Below are positions 1 through 8,733 of a stretch of 64,000 bases of DNA, piece by piece. The DNA is from a virus. The stretch spans positions 1 to 64,000 of the IMG/VR virus record IMGVR_UViG_3300002131_000090, one strand, 5' to 3'. The notes below the pieces were generated by a model. It did no database searches. It had not been told where the DNA came from and worked only from the letters and a program-made list of their open reading frames with translations. Position 1 is the first letter of the stretch, and every line of letters begins with the position of its first letter. The position numbers and the translations under genes were made by a program.

Positions 1-219
1 ATGATGTACAGAGCATACATTACACTAAAGCCTGCACAGTTAGATATAGCCGGCATTGCAGTTACTGGTGCATTACACAGTTTAGGTTTTACTAATGTAA
101 AGGATGCCCGTCTTGGCAAGATATTAGAATACAATGCCGATAGCTTAGAAGAAGCACACGATATTGCTCGATCACAGACTAATGAAATTATGGAAGACTG
201 TAAGGTAGTTGAAGAATGA
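1..219 (+). CDS. purS: PurS-like FGAM synthase small subunit (start at the window edge)
   Basis: ITLKP..LD..G.AV..ALHSLGF..V.D.RLGK...N.IMED pattern and ~72 aa length match PurS. Confidence 0.7.
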   Translation: MMYRAYITLKPAQLDIAGIAVTGALHSLGFTNVKDARLGKILEYNADSLEEAHDIARSQTNEIMEDCKVVEE

Positions 220-1082
220 AACAATATTTAGATGCTCTTGAATACATTTTAGCTAACGGTAAAGACCGAAGTGACAGGACAAATACAGGCACTCGTGGTG
301 TATTTGGTTATCAAATGCGTTTTGATTTGCGTAATGAGTTTCCAGCTGTTACTACAAAGAAACTTGCTTGGAAAAGTGTTGTAAGTGAACTGCTGTGGAT
401 GTTAGAAGGTAGTAGTGACGAACGCAGGCTCGCTGAAATTCACTATGACAAGCCAAGAGAAGAACTAATAGGCAAAACCACTATTTGGACTGCTAATGCT
501 AACGCACAAGGTAAAGACTTAGGGTACGTTAACACCGACACTATCAAAGATTTAGGACCAGTGTACGGTCATCAATGGCGTACTTGGGACGCTCAGTTAG
601 GATACGTTGATCAGATTGCCCAAGTGTTAGAAGGACTTAAACACGACCCTAATGGTAGAAGACATATTGTAAGTGCTTGGAATGCCGATCGTGTTCCTGT
701 AATGGCATTGCCTCCTTGTCACGCATTGTTTCAGTTTCATGTACAAGACGGAGAACTGAGTTGCCAACTTTATCAACGCAGTGCTGATATGTTCCTTGGC
801 GTTCCGTTTAATATTGCTTCGTACAGTTTGCTTACACACATGTTTGCTAAACTATTGGAGTTAAAGGTAGGAGATTTTATTTGGACAGGTGGCGACTGTC
901 ATATCTATCAAAATCATTTTGAAGCAGTTAATCTACAGTTAACAAGAACTCCAGACACAGGACCTCATCTATTGATGCCAGCATTTAACACATTAAAAGA
1001 GTTAACTGCTACCAAGGCAACTGATTATAAACTAATTAACTATAATCCGCAGGAATCAATTAAGGCACCAATGGCTGTATGA
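216..1082 (+). CDS. thyA: Thymidylate synthase
   Basis: DRTNTGT, LGPVYGHQWR, MALPPCH, LYQRSADMFLGVPFNIASY, C-terminal APMAV. Confidence 0.97.
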   Translation: MKQYLDALEYILANGKDRSDRTNTGTRGVFGYQMRFDLRNEFPAVTTKKLAWKSVVSELLWMLEGSSDERRLAEIHYDKPREELIGKTTIWTANANAQGKDLGYVNTDTIKDLGPVYGHQWRTWDAQLGYVDQIAQVLEGLKHDPNGRRHIVSAWNADRVPVMALPPCHALFQFHVQDGELSCQLYQRSADMFLGVPFNIASYSLLTHMFAKLLELKVGDFIWTGGDCHIYQNHFEAVNLQLTRTPDTGPHLLMPAFNTLKELTATKATDYKLINYNPQESIKAPMAV

Positions 1083-1297
1083 TGGGACACGGTTACTACG
1101 GTAATAAAGATCCTAATCAACATAAATTTGAACGTAAGTTTGCTTGGATGCCTGTGGTAACCGGTAGCAAGAAACGTGTGTGGCTAACACACTATTATAT
1201 TAGATACACATTTTACGATAGTGACGTTCCTATACACGGGCTTACTTGGGATTATGTTTTTACTAAAAATGAATACTTATTGGAATTATTAAAATGA
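1079..1297 (+). CDS. Hypothetical phage protein
   Basis: ORF coupled to both neighbours; KFAWMPV...VWL pattern typical of small phage proteins. Confidence 0.6.
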   Translation: MMGHGYYGNKDPNQHKFERKFAWMPVVTGSKKRVWLTHYYIRYTFYDSDVPIHGLTWDYVFTKNEYLLELLK

Positions 1298-1749
1298 AAC
1301 AAAAGTTTATAGATGCTTATATGGACGTTGCAGAACGTTTTGCACAGTTGAGCAGTGCAGTACGATTACAAGTAGGTACTATTGTTGTTAAGGATGATAG
1401 AATTATTAGCATTGGCTACAACGGTATGCCTGCTGGTTGGGATAATGTGTGTGAGGAAAAAGTTTATTGGATTGACGGGTCTCTTGTAGACGATGCTGGC
1501 TATTATGATCTTAAAACTAAGCTAGAGGTACTACACGCAGAAGCAAATGCAATTACTAAACTTGCTCGTAGTAGTGAAAGTGGCGATGGGGCATCTATCT
1601 TTGTTACCCACGCTCCTTGTATAGACTGTGCTAAACTAATCTATCAAAGCGGGATAGCCACTGTGTACTACAAAAATGATTATCGTAGTACACAGGGCCT
1701 TGACTTTTTATCAAAGTCTAATGTTGAGGTTATAAAAATAGGAGACTAA
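1294..1749 (+). CDS. dCMP deaminase
   Basis: IGYNG, HAEANAI and PCIDC zinc motifs. Confidence 0.93.
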   Translation: MKQKFIDAYMDVAERFAQLSSAVRLQVGTIVVKDDRIISIGYNGMPAGWDNVCEEKVYWIDGSLVDDAGYYDLKTKLEVLHAEANAITKLARSSESGDGASIFVTHAPCIDCAKLIYQSGIATVYYKNDYRSTQGLDFLSKSNVEVIKIGD

Positions 1750-1777
1750 TTAAAAGCCCCCTATTTCTAGCCGTTAG

Positions 1778-2518
1778 TTATTCGTCGCCGTAAACTTGAA
1801 GAACATGTTTAACAACTTCATGTCTTTCGATATCCTTGTAATGGAATTTAACAATACTTATTCTACTACTTTTTGAATCTTCTAAATGATTAACAAAATC
1901 TAACAATCCATTATCTTTTAATCTATCAGCCTGATTTAAATCGCCTGTTACAACCATTTTAGATCCCATTCCAATGCGTGTTAACAGCATCTTCATTTGA
2001 TTTGGCGTTGCGTTTTGCATTTCGTCAGCAACGATATAAGCATCTTTGAAAGTTCTACCACGCATATATGCTAGTGGAGATATTTCAATTATACCTTCTT
2101 TAATCATGCCTTCAATTTCGGTAGCATAGAAGTACTCACGAAATACGTCAAATATTGGTCTTGTCCATGGTGCCATTTTTTCTTCTAATGTACCTGGTAA
2201 GAAACCTAGATCTTCATCAGCACTCACTGCTGGTCTTGTAACTATAATCTTGTCAACTTCTTTATCAAGAAAAGCCTTTACAGCCACCTGGCAAGCCAAC
2301 ATGGTTTTGCCGGTTCCTGCTGGTCCAATGCCGAAGACTATGTCTCTCTCCGGATTCAGCAGTTCTAAGATGTAGGATTCTTGGCTTTTATTTCTTGGAA
2401 GGATGTCAACATTTCTTGTCTTTTTTGGAAGGAAATTGTTAAATTTTACAACATTATTAGTGTTGTTGTTTGCACTTACATTTGCTTGTTGCCTTTTGGC
2501 AGCTTTAGCTCGACCCAT
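1778..2518 (-). CDS. phoH: PhoH family ATPase
   Basis: GPAGTGKT, LGFLPG, AYMRGRTF, DEMQN, LTRIG, GDLNQ. Confidence 0.95.
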   Translation of the reverse strand: MGRAKAAKRQQANVSANNNTNNVVKFNNFLPKKTRNVDILPRNKSQESYILELLNPERDIVFGIGPAGTGKTMLACQVAVKAFLDKEVDKIIVTRPAVSADEDLGFLPGTLEEKMAPWTRPIFDVFREYFYATEIEGMIKEGIIEISPLAYMRGRTFKDAYIVADEMQNATPNQMKMLLTRIGMGSKMVVTGDLNQADRLKDNGLLDFVNHLEDSKSSRISIVKFHYKDIERHEVVKHVLQVYGDE

Positions 2519-2541
2519 TAAGTTCTCCCTTTACTTGGATG

Positions 2542-2581
2542 GCAGGGTAATGTTTCCTTTGCAGGAAACTTCCTTCCCTGC
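2542..2581 (-). promoter_or_regulatory. Structured phoH 5' leader (stem, internal loop, stem with GCAA tetraloop)
   Basis: Minus strand GCAGGG-AAGGAA-GTTTCCT-GCAA-AGGAAAC-ATTA-CCCTGC lies between the promoter motif and the phoH Shine-Dalgarno. Confidence 0.55.
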
Positions 2582-2585
2582 AATG

Positions 2586-2593
2586 TATTTAGC
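2586..2593 (-). promoter_or_regulatory. Putative phage late promoter (GCTAAATA) for phoH
   Basis: Resembles the T4 late box TATAAATA; divergent from the copy at 2637. Confidence 0.5.
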
Positions 2594-2636
2594 AACGGCG
2601 GCTCTAATAAAACTACGCATATTGAATACATCTATA

Positions 2637-2644
2637 GATAAATA
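2637..2644 (+). promoter_or_regulatory. Putative phage late promoter (GATAAATA)
   Basis: Same motif recurs just upstream of genes at 12176, 17488, 18556, 42696 and 47521. Confidence 0.6.
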
Positions 2645-2669
2645 AGTATAATAAACTTTAGGAATTAAA

Positions 2670-3188
2670 ATGGCCAACATCCTTGACTCGTTAGACGTAA
2701 TTAAAAACATAGAAAACATATATGGAAGTAACAGTTCTTTTGGAGTATTAAAAGACTTTGAAAGAGTATTAGATGAATTAGACTTGTATGTTTACAAGAA
2801 TTGGGAAGACGGCGAACTTGCTGCTGGACCAGAAATAGACCGTCATTGGATTACATGTAGTTTTATGTGGCCAAGAGAAAAAATGCCAGATCCAATGGGC
2901 GGTAAGCGTCTGTTAGATTATGACTGCAAGGTGCTTTATAAAAAGAATTATCTTATTAAACCTAGACAGATATTAGAGCCAGGTGACATACGTCCTGGTA
3001 CTAAAAAAGGTGTACTAGATCGTCACCCAATATGGATAGTAGAAATCCGTATGCCTAAAAAACTACTAGCAGACTTTTATGGTGCTGACTTGGAAGACCT
3101 AGATGTACAAGAAGATGAACAAAGCACAGGACAAGATATTGCGCCAGAAGCACAAGATCAAGTAGCACCTGCAGGAGTAGAAGCATAA
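2670..3188 (+). CDS. Hypothetical phage protein
   Basis: 172-aa ORF with SD (AGGA) and an acidic tail. Confidence 0.75.
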   Translation: MANILDSLDVIKNIENIYGSNSSFGVLKDFERVLDELDLYVYKNWEDGELAAGPEIDRHWITCSFMWPREKMPDPMGGKRLLDYDCKVLYKKNYLIKPRQILEPGDIRPGTKKGVLDRHPIWIVEIRMPKKLLADFYGADLEDLDVQEDEQSTGQDIAPEAQDQVAPAGVEA

Positions 3189-3907
3189 TGGGACTTAAGA
3201 GCGGAGACTTGAATAATCTAGTCTATAGAATATTTGAAATAGACAGTTACAAAAGTAAAATGGGCAGTGATGCTGATATTACAGTATTAAGTTTCACTGT
3301 TTATCAAAAACAACCTGCTGTTGACTTAGTAAACTTTATTGAAAAGGGTTATAGTTTTGTTTTAGATGCAGACGTATCGCCCGGCGAGCAAGATGACGGA
3401 TCTTATAGAGTATTTGTGGAGATTGAAAGAGATCGTCACGTTCCAGAACAAATTATAGAATTGTTAGATGGCATATCTAAACTTACAGACGAAAACAATT
3501 TTAAATTTAGATATTACAAAGGTTTTAAAAGTCACAAAGTAACATTTGAAAATCTAGAAAAAGAGCTTCCATTAGATCCTGACTCGTATAGTAACACTGT
3601 TACAGAGTCAAATATGAATAATTTTAAAAACTTTTTTAATAAAAGTTATTTAGAAGAAATAGATTTAAATGAAGATCAAGAATTATCCATTAAAAAAGTA
3701 TATGCCGATACAATAGCATTTAAAGTAAAAGACTTTGGTAATACAGAAGAAATATCTGAAAGTATTAAAGATAAAGTTAATATGAATGACTACTCTGAAA
3801 TATTGTTTCTAACTAAATATATTGGCGATTATAATGTTATGAAGTACGGAACTAAGACACTAACATTTGAAAACGAAGGATACACTCTTGTTGTCGAAAG
3901 ATTATAA
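3188..3907 (+). CDS. Hypothetical phage protein
   Basis: 239-aa ORF, TAATG-coupled to the upstream gene. Confidence 0.75.
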   Translation: MGLKSGDLNNLVYRIFEIDSYKSKMGSDADITVLSFTVYQKQPAVDLVNFIEKGYSFVLDADVSPGEQDDGSYRVFVEIERDRHVPEQIIELLDGISKLTDENNFKFRYYKGFKSHKVTFENLEKELPLDPDSYSNTVTESNMNNFKNFFNKSYLEEIDLNEDQELSIKKVYADTIAFKVKDFGNTEEISESIKDKVNMNDYSEILFLTKYIGDYNVMKYGTKTLTFENEGYTLVVERL

Positions 3908-4061
3908 GATAGAATATTGTCAAAATTGCGGAAACCGTTCACATTGCCGTCTTCCGTATTATAACGAACTACAAAACTATGACGAACCCCCAAGCAGTAT
4001 GAAAGTATGCGATCATTGCCGTTGCGGCAGCTGCACTACATCAGAAAAGGATAGAAAATAA
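3867..4061 (+). CDS. Small Cys-rich putative zinc-binding protein (start uncertain)
   Basis: CQNC..HC...CDHCRCGSC; stop coupled to the endolysin start. Confidence 0.5.
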   Translation: MKTKDTLLLSKDYKIEYCQNCGNRSHCRLPYYNELQNYDEPPSSMKVCDHCRCGSCTTSEKDRK

Positions 4062-4936
4062 TGAGCTTCGAACTAAAAAAAGAACATCTAGCAAAATTAA
4101 TTCCAGGTAACAAAAATGTTGACGCATGGCATGCGGCACTAGTAGACGTATTACCTAAATATGGTATTAATACAGAAAGACGTATGGCACACTTTATTAG
4201 TCAAACATCGCACGAATCAAACAACTTTAACTCACTTGAAGAAAATCTAAACTACAGTGAAAAATCACTACTTGCTGTATTTGGTCGTTACTTTGGTGCG
4301 GCGCCGAAAGCAAGTGCTGCCGAGTATGCTCGTAATCCAGAAAAGATTGCTAATCGTGTTTACAACGATGAGTTCCGTAAGTACAAAATGGGCAACACTA
4401 AACCAGGTGATGGTTGGAGATTCCGAGGACGTGGTCTAAAGCAACTTACTGGTCGTGAAAACTACACTGGCTTTGGTAAGTTTGTAAACATGACAGCAGA
4501 ACAAGCCGCAGACTATGTAGCAACTCCTAAAGGTGCTGTTGAATCAGCTTGCTGGTTCTGGGACACTAAGAAACTTAACAACATTGCTGACACAGATGAT
4601 GTTACAAAAATGACTAAAATCATCAACGGTGGCAACATTGGTCTTGCTGATCGTCAATCACGTTATAAGAAAGCAATGGAAGTCTTTGGTAATCCAGTAA
4701 GTATTTCAGAAGCAACTGATAATGATGATAATGACATGGATCTAAGCGACATTGGTACATTACGCAAGGGTTCTAAAGGCGACGGCGTTAAAATGATGCA
4801 AGAAGCATTAGGCGTCGGAGCAGATGGATCATTTGGTCCGGGTACAGAACGTGCATTAAAAGCATGGCAAACTAAAAACGGCTTAACAGCAGACGGTATT
4901 GCTGGGCCAATGACATTAGCTAAATTGTTGGATTAA
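4061..4936 (+). CDS. Endolysin, GH19-like with C-terminal peptidoglycan-binding domain
   Basis: AHFISQTSHES, EENLNYS, FRGRGLKQLTGRENY, INGG; C-terminal LRKGSKG..V...Q...DG.FGPGT...DGIAGPMT. Confidence 0.93.
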   Translation: MSFELKKEHLAKLIPGNKNVDAWHAALVDVLPKYGINTERRMAHFISQTSHESNNFNSLEENLNYSEKSLLAVFGRYFGAAPKASAAEYARNPEKIANRVYNDEFRKYKMGNTKPGDGWRFRGRGLKQLTGRENYTGFGKFVNMTAEQAADYVATPKGAVESACWFWDTKKLNNIADTDDVTKMTKIINGGNIGLADRQSRYKKAMEVFGNPVSISEATDNDDNDMDLSDIGTLRKGSKGDGVKMMQEALGVGADGSFGPGTERALKAWQTKNGLTADGIAGPMTLAKLLD

Positions 4937-4938
4937 TT

Positions 4939-5139
4939 ATGTTTAGTAAGGAGAGTAATCAGCACTTAACTGATGTTAATATGACAAGATGGCAACACTT
5001 CAAGTTTGCTTGTAGTTTTTTAATTGAACTTAAGAAAGCCGAACTTGCTCTTCTTATACATATGTTTATACCAAAGTATTTTGAAACTTATGCTAGTGAT
5101 AAAATAAAATCATTAGTTAAAAAATTAGAGGATCACTAA
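4939..5139 (+). CDS. Hypothetical protein in the lysis cassette
   Basis: HL..VNMT.WQHFKFA...IH..IP..F...AS pattern. Confidence 0.6.
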   Translation: MFSKESNQHLTDVNMTRWQHFKFACSFLIELKKAELALLIHMFIPKYFETYASDKIKSLVKKLEDH

Positions 5140-5627
5140 TGAGACTAGCAGGTATTCTACTTATTGTTATAGGTGTAATGGGCGCAGGCGGTTATTGGTA
5201 TTATAACGATACACAGGCACGCTTGTCTATTCTTACAGCTAATAATGCTAAGTTAGAAACTGCTGTTCAGCTTAACGAAGATACTATAAAAACAATGGCA
5301 GCAAATTTTGCAGCAGCAAACGCACAACTTACAAAAGTTAATGAAGAATTTGCTGTCATTCGAAGACAAAATCAAGTATTAGCAGATAAACTTGCTAGAC
5401 ACGACTTAGGTGTGCTAGGGGCAGGCAAACCTGGACTTGTAGAACGAGTAATTAATAATGCTACTGAGAAAGTAGGAAGGTGTTTTGAACTATTAAGTGG
5501 AGCACCATTAACAGATTCAGAAAGGAATGCAACAAATGCAGATGCGTTCAATAGCGAGTGTCCTTGGTATTATGACACTCTCGTTGTTCCTGGCAGGGTG
5601 TTCATCGAGAATGCCCCAGCCAATTGA
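5139..5627 (+). CDS. Putative inner-membrane spanin (Rz-like)
   Basis: N-terminal TM helix followed by coiled coil; 3' end overlapped by a lipoprotein gene. Confidence 0.7.
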   Translation: MRLAGILLIVIGVMGAGGYWYYNDTQARLSILTANNAKLETAVQLNEDTIKTMAANFAAANAQLTKVNEEFAVIRRQNQVLADKLARHDLGVLGAGKPGLVERVINNATEKVGRCFELLSGAPLTDSERNATNADAFNSECPWYYDTLVVPGRVFIENAPAN

Positions 5628-5931
5628 GATAACAACAAAACCAATAGATAAACCAGAGCTAGTATTACCCAACGCAAGTGAACTTAACATGCGTGAAGTT
5701 AAATGGGTATTAGTTACTCCTGATAACTACGAGAAAGTATTTGCCGAGTTAGGTAAAGACGGGCGTCCGGTTGTATTGTTTGGGTTGACCGATAAAGGGT
5801 ATGAAAACTTAGGTCTTAACCTGAGCGATCTTCGTGCGTATATACAGCAACAGCAATCAATTATGGCAGCATACGAAGCATACTATAAATCAGCAGAAGA
5901 AGCAATGACCGATGCTGTTGTATCAAACTAA
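5542..5931 (+). CDS. Putative outer-membrane spanin (Rz1-like lipoprotein)
   Basis: Signal peptide with LAGC lipobox, Pro-rich segment, overlaps the i-spanin gene; start could be 5527-5542. Confidence 0.72.
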   Translation: MRSIASVLGIMTLSLFLAGCSSRMPQPIEITTKPIDKPELVLPNASELNMREVKWVLVTPDNYEKVFAELGKDGRPVVLFGLTDKGYENLGLNLSDLRAYIQQQQSIMAAYEAYYKSAEEAMTDAVVSN

Positions 5932-5942
5932 ATAACTAAATA
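5927..5942 (+). promoter_or_regulatory. Tandem late-promoter-like motif (ACTAAATA x2)
   Basis: Two adjacent copies upstream of the holin-like gene. Confidence 0.4.
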
Positions 5943-5958
5943 GTAGTGAGGGCATATT

Positions 5959-6255
5959 ATGTTAGAAATGATTAATAGAATATTTGGAGATACACTCTGG
6001 ATATATACGGCAATACTAGGATCACTCGCTGGTGCAGCATTCCTGGCATACTTCAAAGACACTCGTGCAGGACTTTGGTGCTATGCAAAGTTAGATAAAT
6101 TTTTAGATTACTTAGTTAATCGTTGGGGTCTAACTTGGTTTGAACAACCAACTGATGCTTGGCGTACAAAATACCCTCATGTTACTAAAAAAATAGACGA
6201 GCTCGAAGCACGTCTAGCCAAATTAGAGGGAAAAAAGAATGGCAAGAGCACCTAA
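5959..6255 (+). CDS. Membrane protein, holin/antiholin candidate
   Basis: One N-terminal TM helix, charged C-terminus, located in the lysis cassette. Confidence 0.5.
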   Translation: MLEMINRIFGDTLWIYTAILGSLAGAAFLAYFKDTRAGLWCYAKLDKFLDYLVNRWGLTWFEQPTDAWRTKYPHVTKKIDELEARLAKLEGKKNGKST

Positions 6256-6589
6256 AACACTAGAAAATGGTTCTAAATATGAAAAGTTTGATGCTGACGG
6301 CGATGGTATTATAACAGACGATGAACTAAAAATGGCAGAAGAAATAAACCGTATTGAGTTTGAAAGAGTACAAATGGAGAATCAAGACAAGCGTGAAGAT
6401 GCACAACGTGGCATGGCTTGGTTTGCACTATTTGGTATGCTATTATACCCTATTTCTGTAGTAGTTGCATCATGGCTAGGATTAGAAAGCGGTGCAAGTG
6501 TACTAGGCGATATGGCTCCTACATACTTTGTATCTGTTGCAGCTATCGTAGCAGCATTTTACGGTTCACAGGCTTACACAAGCAAGTAA
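6239..6589 (+). CDS. Two-TM membrane protein with EF-hand-like loop, holin candidate
   Basis: DADGDGIITDDE loop followed by two hydrophobic helices. Confidence 0.55.
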   Translation: MARAPKTLENGSKYEKFDADGDGIITDDELKMAEEINRIEFERVQMENQDKREDAQRGMAWFALFGMLLYPISVVVASWLGLESGASVLGDMAPTYFVSVAAIVAAFYGSQAYTSK

Positions 6590-6606
6590 TCATTAATAAA
6601 AGAACA

Positions 6607-6643
6607 TAATAGTCCATGCGATAAGTAATTACATGGACTATTA
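6607..6643 (+). promoter_or_regulatory. Hairpin masking the dnaJ start codon, with a late promoter (GATAAGTA) in its loop
   Basis: Perfect 12-bp inverted repeat TAATAGTCCATG / CATGGACTATTA; ATG 6633 lies in the 3' arm. Confidence 0.7.
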
Positions 6644-7454
6644 CAATATACTTGGTGTTTCTAAAAACGCTTCAGAACAACAGCTTAAATTAGCATATCG
6701 TAAACTTGCGATGACTTATCATCCTGATCGCACAGGCGGCGACGATACAAAATTTAAACAAATCAACGAAGCGTATAATACGTTAAAAGATCCTGCTACA
6801 AGACAGCAGTATGACAATCCTCAGCCACAACAGTTTCATTATAATACCGGAAATATGCCTAATAATCTTAATGATATGTTTGAAAATATATTTAGACAAC
6901 GTCATGAGCAACACATTCGTAATAAGGATTTAAAAGTTGCTATTACAATAAAATTAGAAGATGTATTAACTAATAAAGATATAATCATAGACTATAATTT
7001 GCTCAATGGTCAACAAACTACAGCTACCATACGTATAAATGCCGGAGTACAGCACGGTGAAACAATACGTTTTAAGGGGCTAGGCGACAATGCAAGGCAA
7101 GGATTACATCGAGGTGACTTAATTGTTTTAGTAAAAATAGCAAGACACTCTATTTTTGAAAGAGATGGTAGACATTTACGTTTAACTCAAGAAGTTAGTA
7201 TACTTGATTTAATCTTAGGTACAAAAGTTAATATAAAAACATTGACAGGTAACACAGTTAGTGTTAATATACCTAAAGCGACTCAATCAGGAACAATACT
7301 GAGTATATCTAATAACGGGTTACCAGATCCAAAAACAGGATTAACCGGACATCTTTATTTAACAATAAAAGGTATAACTCCTAAAATTGAAGATCTTAAT
7401 ATTATAGAGCAAGTACAGAAAATAAAAGATGCAATCAATAATAGAACGCCTTAA
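6633..7454 (+). CDS. dnaJ: DnaJ-class co-chaperone (J domain plus C-terminal domain, no zinc finger)
   Basis: DYYNILGV, HPD motif, GDL, DLILG. Confidence 0.9.
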   Translation: MDYYNILGVSKNASEQQLKLAYRKLAMTYHPDRTGGDDTKFKQINEAYNTLKDPATRQQYDNPQPQQFHYNTGNMPNNLNDMFENIFRQRHEQHIRNKDLKVAITIKLEDVLTNKDIIIDYNLLNGQQTTATIRINAGVQHGETIRFKGLGDNARQGLHRGDLIVLVKIARHSIFERDGRHLRLTQEVSILDLILGTKVNIKTLTGNTVSVNIPKATQSGTILSISNNGLPDPKTGLTGHLYLTIKGITPKIEDLNIIEQVQKIKDAINNRTP

Positions 7455-8733
7455 AAAACACGGTATTAATACCGACACATTCTGTTTTGCTCCATATGTA
7501 AATGTCGACCTAGATCAGTCTGGTGAAGTTTATAGTTGTTATAGAGGCAAAGACCCGTTAAGTAACTGGAAAGAATTACCGCTTGATGTTGAATTTAATA
7601 ATGAAAATTATAGAAATCTAAGACAAGGGTTATTTAATGGGCAAAAATCCAGTAACTGCAATGCATGTTGGGACGCTGAAGAACATAATAGTGCATCGCC
7701 AAGACAAATGTTTCTTGAACAGATGTCTAAATATTCAGATGATACAATAGAAGAAGTTATATCAAGTATAAAAAACAATCCTAAACAAGGTAATATTAAC
7801 GATCTAATTCGAGGAGAAATAAGAACCTCTTCGTTATGTAATTTAAAATGCTTACATTGTGGGCCACATTCGTCAACTCAATGGATTGCTCAATTAAAAG
7901 ATAAAGAAATATTTGATACTTTTAAAGAAACAGTAGGCGGATTAGATAGTACAATTACTAACGAAAACATACATGAAGTATTTAAACATACTCTAAATTC
8001 TATTTCTCCTTACACAACCAACATTAAAAAAGTTTTATCAAATACCAAAATACTACAATTTGCCGGCGGCGAACCGTTAATGGACCCTGACCATTTAAGC
8101 TGGCTAGACTATTTTGTTAATGTATCAAAAACTTCTAAAGACATTAGTTTACATTACAATACTAATCTTAATATTAATAATATTGAAAAATATTTTGAAC
8201 ATTGGAAGCAGTTTAATAATGTTATAATTAGAATAAGTATTGACAGTTCTCCAAGTTCATACGAATATTTTAGAAGAGGCGGAGATATTTTTTTAATAGA
8301 AACAAATATTAAAAAAATACAAAAAGAATTTGGTAACAAAATAACATTACAAGGATCAATAACATTTAATATGTTTGCCGCAATGGAATGGAAAGAAATT
8401 ACACATTGGTGGAATGTACATAATTTAGATTTTCATACTAGTTTAGTACGCAAACACCCTACGTCTGCAATATATTTACCAGATGACATTAAACGTGAAT
8501 GCCAGGAGGAAATGCAATGGTGTATAGATAACATATACGCATTTGTTGAATCTAATTTGCATAAAGAAAAATTTATAGATTATACAAACGATTGCATGAA
8601 CTATATGATGAACTCTACTAAGATAGGAAATTGTATGTCTGAAAAATCTATATCATATTTAAAAATGCTTGATAGAAAGTCAAATTTAAATATGTTAACC
8701 TATTACCCAAGATTAAAGGAATATTATAAATGA
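7429..8733 (+). CDS. Radical SAM protein with N-terminal auxiliary Cys cluster
   Basis: CNLKCLHC, AGGEPL, YNTN, SID; N-terminal C..P...SC...CNACW. Confidence 0.88.
   Translation: MQSIIERLKKHGINTDTFCFAPYVNVDLDQSGEVYSCYRGKDPLSNWKELPLDVEFNNENYRNLRQGLFNGQKSSNCNACWDAEEHNSASPRQMFLEQMSKYSDDTIEEVISSIKNNPKQGNINDLIRGEIRTSSLCNLKCLHCGPHSSTQWIAQLKDKEIFDTFKETVGGLDSTITNENIHEVFKHTLNSISPYTTNIKKVLSNTKILQFAGGEPLMDPDHLSWLDYFVNVSKTSKDISLHYNTNLNINNIEKYFEHWKQFNNVIIRISIDSSPSSYEYFRRGGDIFLIETNIKKIQKEFGNKITLQGSITFNMFAAMEWKEITHWWNVHNLDFHTSLVRKHPTSAIYLPDDIKRECQEEMQWCIDNIYAFVESNLHKEKFIDYTNDCMNYMMNSTKIGNCMSEKSISYLKMLDRKSNLNMLTYYPRLKEYYK

Noticed and set aside
216-1082. ThyA as a dCMP hydroxymethylase supplying the glycosyltransferase
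   Set aside because: Retains the dUMP-specifying Asn (PFNIASY) and looks like canonical ThyA
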